The translations under genes and the position numbers were made by a program. The notes beneath the pieces are model-generated. The model was not told the origin of the DNA. It saw nothing but the letters and a program-made list of their open reading frames with translations, and did no database searches. Positions 42,081 through 51,427 of a DNA stretch of 64,000 nt are shown here, one piece after another. Origin of the DNA: Pirellulales bacterium (GTDB lineage Bacteria; Planctomycetota; Planctomycetia; Pirellulales; Pirellulaceae); contig JAXMBJ010000006.1 of assembly GCA_046349895.1 (NCBI GenBank), forward strand, positions 3,092,051 to 3,156,050. Reading direction: 5' to 3'. Within the stretch, counting starts at the first letter, position 1, and every line of letters starts with the position of its first letter.

Positions 42081-42431
42081 GGAGGTCGCACGTACCTCCA
42101 TCGAGGTCGCACCTACCTCCATCGAGGTCGCACGTACCTCCACGGAGGTCGCACGTACCTCCGCGAAGCTGCTAGCACCTGCAGAAACGCGTCGGCTGGC
42201 GGAATTGCCGCAATTCGGCCCCACCGATCGAACCAAGCCTCCATCGAGGTCGCACGTACCTCCACGGAGGTCGCACGTACCTCCGAGCGATGCTAGCAGC
42301 TGGGAAGTCGCACCTACCTCTCGCACTCGGTCAAGTGAGCTGCAAAGGTTGAGCAAGGGCGATAGGTAGGTGCGACCTCCCAGTCGGTCAAGTGAGCTGC
42401 AAAGGTTGAGCAAGGGCGATAGGTAGGTGCG
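42081..42431. repeat. second hairpin-repeat family: tandem 21-bp GGAGGTCGCACGTACCTCCAT units (4+2 copies), inverted copies, and a 50-bp direct duplication
   Basis: Read directly. GGAGGT...ACCTCC forms a 6-bp stem. 50-bp repeat at about 42326-42375 and 42383-42431 (TCGGTCAAGTGAGCTGCAAAGGTTGAGCAAGGGCGATAGGTAGGTGCGA). Confidence 0.8.
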
Positions 42432-42445
42432 AATTCTCGGTGGGA

Positions 42446-43480
42446 TCAGCGGCTGCGGGTCCGGTACCGGACCCGCTCACGGCGCGTGGGACGCTGCGAC
42501 CGGACCGTCGACCACCTGGGGTTCGGATGTCGCGCCGTGGCGCCGATCTGCCGAGCCGGATCGGGGACTGGCCACCACCCCGATACGCCACCGGACACCC
42601 GACCCTCAGCTCCCTTACCCGGCTCAGAACTACCCGGCTCGGGACGAACTCCCGTTGGACCAGCCGCCGGAGCTTCCGCTCCCACTTCCCGAGTCCCCTG
42701 GCCAGGCTCCGCTGCGACATGGAAATCGATCAACTCCATCGTGCTCCGCCGCAACAACTCACCATGCGCCCCCAACTCCTTCGATGAGTGGCCTGTCACT
42801 CCCCCAGGGATCTCATGGCTGAAGGTCTCCAGCGTCAGCGTTTCGCTCTGCTTGAGCTTCTGCAGCGTCTGGACATAGGCGACTGGAATTACCCGATCGC
42901 GGAACCGAAAGGGAAGTTCCACATTCAATGTCGATACCCGCGTCGAATAGAGCAGCGCGTGGTCGGGTCGAGCAAAACACTCGATCGTGCGTCGCAGCAC
43001 ATGCGGAGATTGCTCGTCCGAAAAATCAATCACCTGCTTGCATACCGTCGTTTCGCCCAGCACTTCGACCTCGAAACGACGCACGGGGACGAGCCGATCA
43101 GGGAGCTCAAACGGATCGGCCGGACTCGCCTCCTTCACCGTCACTACACTCGCCTTATCGCCCCACAGTCCCTTGGTCAACGTCTGCGGCGGCGATTCAA
43201 GCCCACGCCCTCCCAGTTCGACCGAAGACTCGATCAACAGCGTGTAGGTGCGAGGGGTTACTTCCTGGAGCGTCGTCCGAGTCCGAGTAATCGACGTGTC
43301 GGTCGACTTGCCGTCCCCACCGAACGTCTCCGTCCGAGTCTCGACCAGCGACCAGCTCCCCGGCTGGAACCGCCACCACGGATGATACTGGCCCCACGAT
43401 GGCGGCTCGGCGCCGACCACCGCCGACATCCAGCACCCCCACCACAACCAGCCCCAACAAACGATCCGCCTGACGCTCAA
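42446..43480 (-). CDS. hypothetical (probably secreted) protein
   Basis: TTG start at 43480 gives a W-rich hydrophobic N-terminus; ATG at 43429 is the alternative. Low-complexity C-terminal tail. Confidence 0.45.
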   Translation of the reverse strand: MSVRRIVCWGWLWWGCWMSAVVGAEPPSWGQYHPWWRFQPGSWSLVETRTETFGGDGKSTDTSITRTRTTLQEVTPRTYTLLIESSVELGGRGLESPPQTLTKGLWGDKASVVTVKEASPADPFELPDRLVPVRRFEVEVLGETTVCKQVIDFSDEQSPHVLRRTIECFARPDHALLYSTRVSTLNVELPFRFRDRVIPVAYVQTLQKLKQSETLTLETFSHEIPGGVTGHSSKELGAHGELLRRSTMELIDFHVAAEPGQGTREVGAEAPAAGPTGVRPEPGSSEPGKGAEGRVSGGVSGWWPVPDPARQIGATARHPNPRWSTVRSQRPTRRERVRYRTRSR

Positions 43481-43658
43481 CGCTGCCCCCTCATGTCGTG
43501 CCCCGCCATCGCCCGCCCGGATTGCTGACCGGAAGACCGAGCGTTGACCGCCTCGCCAACGCCCGCTGCTAGCACTCCCCTATCTTAGACACAGCCGACC
43601 GGAGGACGAAACTCCCCGGGAAGGCCGTACGGCCCAGCGTACCGTCGACAGGCTCGGC

Positions 43659-45098
43659 TCAAGATGTCGCCGAAGACTTCGGATGATCCCCTGCCGGGGG
43701 GATCGATTCCAAGGCCAGTACGATCTGCCCATCCTCGGCCGGTCGAACCGCCCGCAGGTCCAGCAACAACCGATCGTGGACAACGCGACCGCAGACTGCT
43801 GGGCGTCCGGACCGCAGCCGCCCAGCCAGGTCGCTGGCCGCCATCCCCGCCGGTTCGATCGCCACGCACCACGTGGCCAGCTGATGACCGGGGACGGCCG
43901 CATCCCCGAGATACGTGTGATCGGACACCGCCTCCACCGTTCGCACACACGGCAGCCCGCGCAGCTGGACGGCCATCTTCTCCGCCCGATGCCGCAGATT
44001 CTCGGCCGAAGTACCGAGCAGGGCGAGCACGGGGACCGAATTCTCGGGGCCCGCAGGCTGCAAGTAGAGCCGCAAGGTGGCCGCCAGGGCCGCCAGCGTC
44101 AACTTGTCGACTCGCAACGCCCGAGCCAACGGATGACGAGCCAGCTGGTCGATCAACGCCTTTCGACCGACGATGATCCCCGCTTGAGGACCACCGATCA
44201 GCATGTCGCCGCTGAGCAGCACCAGATCGGCACCCGCGCGAACACTCGTCGTCACCTGCGGCTCCGCCGACAGACCGCTCGCCGATAAATCGACCAGCGT
44301 CCCCGATCCGAGATTGTCGATCACCAGCAGATTGCGGCGTCGAGCCATCGCCACTAGATCTTCGAGCGACACTTCGGCGGTTGCCCCGTCAATGACGTAG
44401 TTCAGCGTATGAACTCGCATCACCGCCGCCGTCGCGTCGCCGGCCGCCTGTTCGAAGTCAGATAAACGAGTGGAGTTGGTCGTCCCCACTTCGCGCAGTC
44501 GAGCACCGGCGGCGGCCACAATGTCGGGAATGCGGTAGCCCGAATCGAATTCAATCAGCTGACCACGTGACACCAACAGCTCGCGGCCACCGGCCACAGC
44601 AGCGGTGGCCAGCAAGGTCGCAGCGGCCGAATTGTTGACAACGAGCGCCCCTTCGGCACCCGTCAACTGACACAGCAGCGCCCCCACCACCTGCTGCCGA
44701 TCGACCGGGAGCCCAGAACTCAGATCCAGCTCCAGACTGCAATACGATCGCCCGGTCTCGACCATCGCTTCCAGCGCGGCGTCAGCCAGCGGAGCCCTCC
44801 CGAGCGCGGCTGGCAACACCACTCCGGTGGCATTGATCACGGCCCCCAGTCGATCGCTCTGACCGCCGCGAATCCACTGAGCGACCCGTTCAGCGACTTC
44901 TTGGGCCGTCGGTACGCGAACCTCGGACCACTTGGCCGTCTTGGCAATCAGCTCGCTGCGCAGCGTCTCCAGAACGCTTCGCACTTCTTCCGTCACTACA
45001 TGGCGATTCACTGTGTCCAGCACGCCACGCAGCGCCGGAGAGTCCAGCAGTTCCTGGACCGAAGGAAAATTCTTCTTGAGAAAATCGTTGGCGTTCAT
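43659..45098 (-). CDS. selA: L-seryl-tRNA(Sec) selenium transferase (selenocysteine synthase)
   Basis: GAVINATGVVLPAALGRAPL (SelA INATGVVLHTNLGRA block), PLP-enzyme fold length of about 480 aa. Confidence 0.85.
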   Translation of the reverse strand: MNANDFLKKNFPSVQELLDSPALRGVLDTVNRHVVTEEVRSVLETLRSELIAKTAKWSEVRVPTAQEVAERVAQWIRGGQSDRLGAVINATGVVLPAALGRAPLADAALEAMVETGRSYCSLELDLSSGLPVDRQQVVGALLCQLTGAEGALVVNNSAAATLLATAAVAGGRELLVSRGQLIEFDSGYRIPDIVAAAGARLREVGTTNSTRLSDFEQAAGDATAAVMRVHTLNYVIDGATAEVSLEDLVAMARRRNLLVIDNLGSGTLVDLSASGLSAEPQVTTSVRAGADLVLLSGDMLIGGPQAGIIVGRKALIDQLARHPLARALRVDKLTLAALAATLRLYLQPAGPENSVPVLALLGTSAENLRHRAEKMAVQLRGLPCVRTVEAVSDHTYLGDAAVPGHQLATWCVAIEPAGMAASDLAGRLRSGRPAVCGRVVHDRLLLDLRAVRPAEDGQIVLALESIPPAGDHPKSSATS

Positions 45099-45245
45099 CG
45101 TGCAGCTGGCCCCCCTGAGGTGTCCGGATCCGGACTTACCCTCTTCCTAGCGAGCCGCCCCGTGGCAATCAAGCCGGTAGGGGCAGAATTGGGGGGAACG
45201 GCGAACAAAGAAACGACTCGTCCACCGTCAACCGCACGATCAACT

Positions 45246-45710
45246 TCACGGGCGAACCTTGTCGCCGCCAATAAATTCCTCGACGGTCGTGGGACGCTTC
45301 GGCTCTTCCGGCCCGAACATCCGCGACCAGAATCCCTGCGACTCTTCTTTGCGAGCCGGCCGCTTGGGAGCCTGCTTTTTCGGCTGAGCCTGGAACGGCG
45401 CCGTCATGGCAGATTTCGTCTTGTCGACCGCCTCGCGCGTGTTCTGGTTCATCTTTTTGACCCAGGTCGGCGTCTTCGGACGCTCGATCTTGGGCATGCT
45501 CAGCTTGGGCATCGACGGCTTCCACCACGAACTTTCGTCGTCGTCCTTCTCGCCGGTACTGGGCAACGGCAGAAAATCGTCATTTGCGGGGGCCGGATCA
45601 CGCCGAGCCACTCGACCCAGCGAATCATCCTGAGCCGTAGCCGGCCGGACTCCGCCCAGCACTGCCAAACCGCCAAACACCACCACGACTGAAACGTATG
45701 CGAACCGCAT
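45246..45710 (-). CDS. small secreted hypothetical protein (Lys/Pro-rich)
   Basis: ATG at 45710 with GGAGG RBS and clean signal peptide MRFAYVSVVVVFGGLAVLGGVRPATAQ. Confidence 0.55.
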   Translation of the reverse strand: MRFAYVSVVVVFGGLAVLGGVRPATAQDDSLGRVARRDPAPANDDFLPLPSTGEKDDDESSWWKPSMPKLSMPKIERPKTPTWVKKMNQNTREAVDKTKSAMTAPFQAQPKKQAPKRPARKEESQGFWSRMFGPEEPKRPTTVEEFIGGDKVRP

Positions 45711-46094
45711 GGCGAAACCTCCGTACTTCATCCACCCGGTCAAGTTCCCTCGGTCAAACCGAACTGACTTGCCCTACACGGGGCGGAACTCTCGCAGAAC
45801 CCCGTCGGCCTGTAAAGGCCAACTCCTACCCTGCGGTATCCCTGTCGGCCGTCCCTGCCCGCAGGCACTCTCAGCAGGCACTGACAGCATGCACGCCGGC
45901 TGATGTCGGCAGCGCCAACCGCCCGTCATTCTTCCCCAATCATTATCTTCTATCGGCAACGACCACGGCCGGATATCGAATCAATCACAAATTCGGCGAT
46001 GCCGGCGCCAGCAACGACAGAAGCGACAGAAGCGACTGTGATGCCATCACACGGTGAAGCACTGACTCAAGCGACCACTTGAGCACGCTCATAA

Positions 46095-46571
46095 TCAGCT
46101 TTGCTTGTTCGGCCCGCGCGAACCGCGTGGAGGCCCAATCGACAACAGATTGGTGTCGTCGCACAACGGCGTTGATCCCTGCGTGTCACGAAACAGATCA
46201 CTCAGCCGAGTCTGCTGAAAGGCCTCTTCCACCAACGCCAGCGTCTGATCAAGACGACGATGCAAGGGACAGAGGTGAATGTGACCGGGCAGCCCCAACG
46301 GACAGCTCCGTATCCGCTGCAATGGCTCGATCGCGTTCACCACATCGGCCATCGTGATCTCGTCCGGCGAACGAGACAAGGAATAGCCACCACCTACGCC
46401 GCGCTGCGAACGGACCAGACCGCCTCGTACCAGGCCCTGCAATAATTTTGCCAGATAGGGCCCGGGAATCTGTCCCTTGGCGGCCAGATACTGCACGGTC
46501 AGAGGGGCTTCCGAATGCTGGGCCAGCAAGGCCATGGCCCGTAAGGAATACTCCACGGCTTGAGATATCAC
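46095..46571 (-). CDS. Rrf2-family transcriptional regulator
   Basis: ISQAVEYSLRAMALLA...GGGYSLSR matches the Rrf2 wHTH. Probable GTG start at 46571. Confidence 0.75.
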   Translation of the reverse strand: MISQAVEYSLRAMALLAQHSEAPLTVQYLAAKGQIPGPYLAKLLQGLVRGGLVRSQRGVGGGYSLSRSPDEITMADVVNAIEPLQRIRSCPLGLPGHIHLCPLHRRLDQTLALVEEAFQQTRLSDLFRDTQGSTPLCDDTNLLSIGPPRGSRGPNKQS

Positions 46572-46709
46572 ACACTCGCTCCCAGCAATCCACCCACACT
46601 GCGCGCCCCACATGCTGCGTGTGTCGCTCTAATGTAGCCCACAGCCGCCGCCGGGAACAATACTTTGGCGCCTTGAATTCCCCCATAAGTGGCCAAGTTT
46701 AACGAGATC

Positions 46710-48215
46710 CTATCTCCGGGCCGCGTCCGACCGAACCGACTCGCCCGGCCCCGGACCGGCCACCCCCAACCGCGCGGACACCCACGGATTCACGAACGCA
46801 CCCGCCGGATCGAGCTGCCGACGTACCCGCTCAAAACGGCCCAGGTCGGGATAAGCCCGCCGAACTCGCTCGGCCCCCCACGGGAACCATTTCCCCCAAT
46901 GAATCCGAGCCTCGAACAAATCGGCCATGCTTTCGGCCAACAACCCGGCGACCCCATAGAACGGCTCGCGCGGGATCACGTAAGTAATCAGACTCACTGC
47001 ATACCACGTCCGGTCGCGTCCAGCCGCCATCGACAGCAACGTGTCGTCAGCCAGTACCCGCCGAATGCAGATCGGGTAATGATGCACATACGAACCGGCC
47101 AAGCTCCGCGCCACCTCAGCCTGACCACACGACTCCAGCATCGCCCCGACCTCGGCCGACACCCGAAACTCACCGTCATCGGCCAGCTGCAGCACCTCGC
47201 GTAGAAACTCCAGCGCCCCCTCCAGCCGATCCGCCGCCACAAACAGCTCCATTTCCAAATGACGGAACCGTTCATGGTCCATCGTCAATTGCCGGAAGCT
47301 GCGATCGGTCACCTGCCAGCTCGCCCGCACCGCCACCGGCAACAGCCATCGGTACAGCCCATGAACGGCCCAACGGCTCCGCAACGTCGCGGCAGCCAAC
47401 AGGATCAGCAAATGCAAACCGATGTCGAATGTCAGCCACCAGTACCAGCGGTAGAGCCACGCACCTCCGCTGGGCCGCCCCCGCGGATCGACCCGACGCT
47501 GCTGTGCATACCAATGCCAAGCGTGAGGAATCAAGAAGAACTGCTGCAACGGCCAATCCGACTCGTTCGCCATGACTTCACTCAGCGACGAACACCGCTT
47601 GGCATGCTCCTGCACAAAATACTGCGGCACGCATCGGAACGTGACTTCGACAATTACCCCCAGACACCCCAGTCCACACCGCGCAGCCCGCAATTCGTCT
47701 CCGCCCGTGATCTCCCGTATCACCGGCGTGCGACTATCCTCAGCAAAACAGGCGATCCGCAGCGACTCGATGTAATGCGACAGACTGTGTTTCCCCGAAC
47801 CGTGCGTCCCGGTAGAAATGGCTCCCGCAATCCGTTGCTCGGCGATCAAGCCAATCGACGGAGTAGTCAGCCCCTCGCGGTCCAGCTCGACCAGCACTCG
47901 GTTCATCGGGCACCCGCCACCGACTCGAGCCCACGCCTCGCCGCCACGACGCTCCACCATCACGCGATCGAGATACACCAGATCGATCAGCACCTCCGTG
48001 CATTCGATCAACGGGCTCCACGCATGCCGCGAAGCGACGACGCGAATCTTGGCCCCGTGATGGTCGCGCAGGATCTGCAGCAACTCGGCTTCGTCTCGCG
48101 GCTGAAAATAATGCTGCGCAGTGAATCGCACGTTCCCGCCGAAATTCACCACCTCGCGTGGACCAGCGTCAGCCATTGGCCGGTTACCACCCGCAGCCCG
48201 CGCCAACGGCTCCAT
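46710..48215 (-). CDS. FAD-linked oxidase, D-arabinono-1,4-lactone/L-gulonolactone oxidase (ALO) family
   Basis: N-terminal FAD-binding PCMH-type region (VVNFGGNVRF...HGSGKHS) and C-terminal ALO HWGKW motif. ATG at 48215 with GGGGAGGTGG RBS. Confidence 0.75.
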   Translation of the reverse strand: MEPLARAAGGNRPMADAGPREVVNFGGNVRFTAQHYFQPRDEAELLQILRDHHGAKIRVVASRHAWSPLIECTEVLIDLVYLDRVMVERRGGEAWARVGGGCPMNRVLVELDREGLTTPSIGLIAEQRIAGAISTGTHGSGKHSLSHYIESLRIACFAEDSRTPVIREITGGDELRAARCGLGCLGVIVEVTFRCVPQYFVQEHAKRCSSLSEVMANESDWPLQQFFLIPHAWHWYAQQRRVDPRGRPSGGAWLYRWYWWLTFDIGLHLLILLAAATLRSRWAVHGLYRWLLPVAVRASWQVTDRSFRQLTMDHERFRHLEMELFVAADRLEGALEFLREVLQLADDGEFRVSAEVGAMLESCGQAEVARSLAGSYVHHYPICIRRVLADDTLLSMAAGRDRTWYAVSLITYVIPREPFYGVAGLLAESMADLFEARIHWGKWFPWGAERVRRAYPDLGRFERVRRQLDPAGAFVNPWVSARLGVAGPGPGESVRSDAARR

Positions 48216-48251
48216 CAACCACCTCCCCAACCCACCGAACGGCAACGGCAG

Positions 48252-48860
48252 TTAACATTCTAGCTCCGGCGCACCGCGGGAAACCGATAGACACCACTGA
48301 AAAAGCGCCCGTAATATGACCACCAACATCACCCCCACCACTAATCCGATAACAGCAATCAGCGCGAGCACCATGGTTCCCTCCTCCCCACGTCCCTCAC
48401 AAACACACTCCAACAACAAGATCGTCGTGAACACCAGCAACCCGATGGTGTAAATGGATAGAGGATACAGCAACAGCTGAACCAACGCCCTCGCACGCCA
48501 GTCGCTCACTCCGCGCCGCAACATGAACGAACGACATTTCGTCCAGATCAGCCATGCCAGAGCGTTCGCTATCACAGCCATGATGACTATCCACCAGGTT
48601 TCGACCTCTGAAGATAACGTCGTCACCACCAAGTTGGCCAACGCCAGCAACACCACCATCGACAACATGTCGACCAGGGAAAATGAACCAGCCTCACGAA
48701 ACTCCGGCCCGTTCACCGGCTGCGTCTGCCCTCGATAAACCAAATCGGGGCCCCACAACGGCACCAGCAAGAATAAGGCGACGAATCCTGCGCCCGTTAC
48801 AACAACCAGCATGGCTATGGCTACGTCAGACATGTCGGCCATGTCGGCCACCCCAATCAC
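48252..48860 (-). CDS. hypothetical integral membrane protein
   Basis: 4-5 predicted TM helices, no recognisable family. Confidence 0.5.
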   Translation of the reverse strand: MIGVADMADMSDVAIAMLVVVTGAGFVALFLLVPLWGPDLVYRGQTQPVNGPEFREAGSFSLVDMLSMVVLLALANLVVTTLSSEVETWWIVIMAVIANALAWLIWTKCRSFMLRRGVSDWRARALVQLLLYPLSIYTIGLLVFTTILLLECVCEGRGEEGTMVLALIAVIGLVVGVMLVVILRALFQWCLSVSRGAPELEC

Positions 48861-49157
48861 CGTGACAGGATTCTGAACTCCCGTACGTTCTCACCTTCGG
48901 CCTGATATAGCCTGACCATAAAAGCCCCTCAGGACATCGTCAACCTAAACCTTGCCCGCCACCTTCGGACAGCACCAATTCCGTGCCCCACCACCAGACC
49001 TGTACCAAGCGGCCCGCCCTATCGTATCATCCATTACTCCTCCCTTGCTATCGAACTGGAAAACACGGACAACTAAGGGCGTCTGCAGCCGGCTTCCCGC
49101 GTCCCGCGGAGCGTCGATCGAACGTCAGCTGACCTGTTAACCCGCCCCCTGGCCAAA

Positions 49158-51002
49158 ATGAACGAATCCCCTGCCCCGCAGCCGGTGACCAACGCCGCCG
49201 CTTACCGCTTCGCCCAGCTGACGGACCTCAAACCGCTCCGCGAACACCTGCTCGCCAACTGCCGCCAATGGGATCTCAAAGGCACCATCCTGCTCAGCAC
49301 CGAAGGAGTCAACCTCTTCGTTGCCGGCAGTGAACACGCTGTCCACCAACTGCTCGACCTGCTGCGGACGGTGCCTGGCCTGGCCGATCTGCAAGCGAAG
49401 TTCAGCACCAGTTCGCAACAGCCGTTCCAGCGCATGCTGGTCAAAATCAAACGCGAAATCATCACCCTCGGAGTCCCCGCCGTCGATCCGGCCGCCAACC
49501 CCGCGCCGCGCATCACTCCGCACGAACTCAAACAATGGCTCGATCAGGGACGTCCCGTCATACTGCTCGACACTCGCAACGGCTACGAAGTCCAGCTCGG
49601 GACGTTCCGCCACGCCGTGCAGCTGAACATCGCCAAGTTCCGCGAATTCCCCGCAGCGGTCGAGCAAGGTTTTTCGCCGCCGCCCGATCAGCCGATCGTC
49701 ACCTTCTGCACCGGCGGCATCCGCTGCGAGAAGGCCGCACCGTGGCTGATCCAACACGGCTTCCAGCACGTCCTGCAACTCGACGGGGGAATCCTCAAGT
49801 ACTTCGAAGAATGCGGACAGACGCACTTCGACGGCGAATGCTTTGTGTTCGACGAGCGAGTCGGATTGAGCTCGGACCTGGAAACGTCCGGACATGCCAT
49901 CTGTTACGCCTGTCAGAGTCTGCTGACGCCTGCCGAAGCCGCCGACCCGCTCTACGTCCCGCGTGTCTCGTGCCCACGCTGCTACCGACCGCCCGACGAC
50001 GAAGTTCAGCGACGGCAGGCAGAGACTCAAGCTCGCCTGCAATCCGTCGTCTCGCCCCTCCCGGGCAGCATCCCGCGGGACAACCTTCGCCCCTTGCGAG
50101 TCCCAGCGCGACACGACGGCCTGAACGCACTCGATCTGCTCTGCGCACTCCTCCCGCAATTCCCGCGATCACAGTGGCAACAACAGTTCGATCAGCAGGA
50201 TATTCTGAACGCCCAGCGCCAGCCTGTTCGACCCGATCATCGAGTCCACGCGGGCGAACGGTATTACACGCGTGAACGTCAACTGATTGAGCCCGACGTG
50301 AATGTCGATATCCGCATGCTGCACGAGGACGCCGCGCTGCTGGTAGTCGACAAGCCTGCGCCGCTCCCCATGCATGCCTCAGGCCGTTATCATCGCAATA
50401 CGCTCGAGTGGATCCTGAGCCAGGTCTACGCACCCCAGAATCCCCGCCCCGCCCATCGGCTCGATGCCAACACCTCTGGACTCACGGTCTGGACCCGCAC
50501 CGCGGCCTTCGCTCGAATCGTCCAAGGCCAGTTCGAACGGGGAGAAGTCACCAAGACTTATCTGGCACGAGTGCTGGGGAACCCGAACGAAGATCATTTC
50601 ATCAGTCGTCAGGCAATCGCGCCAACCACCGGTCGGCGTGGCGCTCGTGTGGTCGATCATGACGCCGGCGCCGCGGCACAAACCGATTTCCAGGTGCTCC
50701 ATCGACTGGCCGACGGTACGGCCCTGCTGCAAGTCCACCCGCGGACCGGTCGCACCAATCAGATTCGAGTCCACCTGTGGCATCTCGGCTGGCCCATCGT
50801 CGGCGACCCGATGTACCTCCCTGGTCAACAACTGGGCGACTCGCAGACACTCAGCCTTCTCGATCCGCCGCTGCAACTCCACGCGTGGAAACTCGCTTTC
50901 ACCCATCCTCAGCACGGCCGACCAGTTGAGTTCACCTCGCCCGCACCCGACTGGGCTCAGTCAGTCGCCACTCGTTTGGCTCCGGGCATTTCCAGTCCCT
51001 GA
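49158..51002 (+). CDS. fusion of TrhO-like rhodanese-domain tRNA U34 hydroxylase (UPF0176) with RluA-family pseudouridine synthase
   Basis: N-terminal AYRFAQL...ILLSTEGVNLFVAG and rhodanese CTGGIRCEK plus Cys cluster. C-terminal LLVVDKPAPLPMHASG...HRLDANTSGLTVWTRT...GRTNQIRVHL (RluA motifs). Confidence 0.8.
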   Translation: MNESPAPQPVTNAAAYRFAQLTDLKPLREHLLANCRQWDLKGTILLSTEGVNLFVAGSEHAVHQLLDLLRTVPGLADLQAKFSTSSQQPFQRMLVKIKREIITLGVPAVDPAANPAPRITPHELKQWLDQGRPVILLDTRNGYEVQLGTFRHAVQLNIAKFREFPAAVEQGFSPPPDQPIVTFCTGGIRCEKAAPWLIQHGFQHVLQLDGGILKYFEECGQTHFDGECFVFDERVGLSSDLETSGHAICYACQSLLTPAEAADPLYVPRVSCPRCYRPPDDEVQRRQAETQARLQSVVSPLPGSIPRDNLRPLRVPARHDGLNALDLLCALLPQFPRSQWQQQFDQQDILNAQRQPVRPDHRVHAGERYYTRERQLIEPDVNVDIRMLHEDAALLVVDKPAPLPMHASGRYHRNTLEWILSQVYAPQNPRPAHRLDANTSGLTVWTRTAAFARIVQGQFERGEVTKTYLARVLGNPNEDHFISRQAIAPTTGRRGARVVDHDAGAAAQTDFQVLHRLADGTALLQVHPRTGRTNQIRVHLWHLGWPIVGDPMYLPGQQLGDSQTLSLLDPPLQLHAWKLAFTHPQHGRPVEFTSPAPDWAQSVATRLAPGISSP

Positions 51003-51379
51003 CGTTCGCCGAACCAGTAACAGAGTCCGTCCGGGGCGACCACAAAGAAGACTTTCCACAGCGCCCCCTGCCGGACTTCGCTGCGGAATTCCGAAAGCTC
51101 ACGGTCCAAGCCCTGCGAGCGAAACTCGGCGTGCAATTGTTCGAGCCCGGCGACTTGAAACGCACATCCATCCTGCGACGGATCACCACCATTTTCGGCG
51201 AGCCCAATTTGGACTTGATCGCGGCCTAGTACCGCGCGCTGACAGGGCGTCGCGTCGCGAGAGACAACGCGAAAGCCGAGCCGCATTTCATAAAAAGGCA
51301 ACGCGGCCTCCAGATCGAGAACCGGCAACTGCAGACAGTCGCCCTGATAACCCCAGGCCTGCTCGAGTACGCCCGCCAT
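50957..51379 (-). CDS. VOC-family (glyoxalase/bleomycin-resistance-like) protein
   Basis: About 140 aa of beta-alpha-beta-beta-beta VOC-like sequence. Overlaps the 3' end of the convergent gene by 46 nt. Confidence 0.65.
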   Translation of the reverse strand: MAGVLEQAWGYQGDCLQLPVLDLEAALPFYEMRLGFRVVSRDATPCQRAVLGRDQVQIGLAENGGDPSQDGCAFQVAGLEQLHAEFRSQGLDRELSEFRSEVRQGALWKVFFVVAPDGLCYWFGERQGLEMPGAKRVATD

Positions 51380-51427
51380 ACTGCACCTTGTTAATAGACC
51401 GACCGCAAATCAACTCGGACTTCCCGG

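Noticed and set aside
42788-43528. 246-aa plus-strand ORF
   Set aside because: Antisense to the 42446-43480 gene; Arg-rich low-complexity translation.
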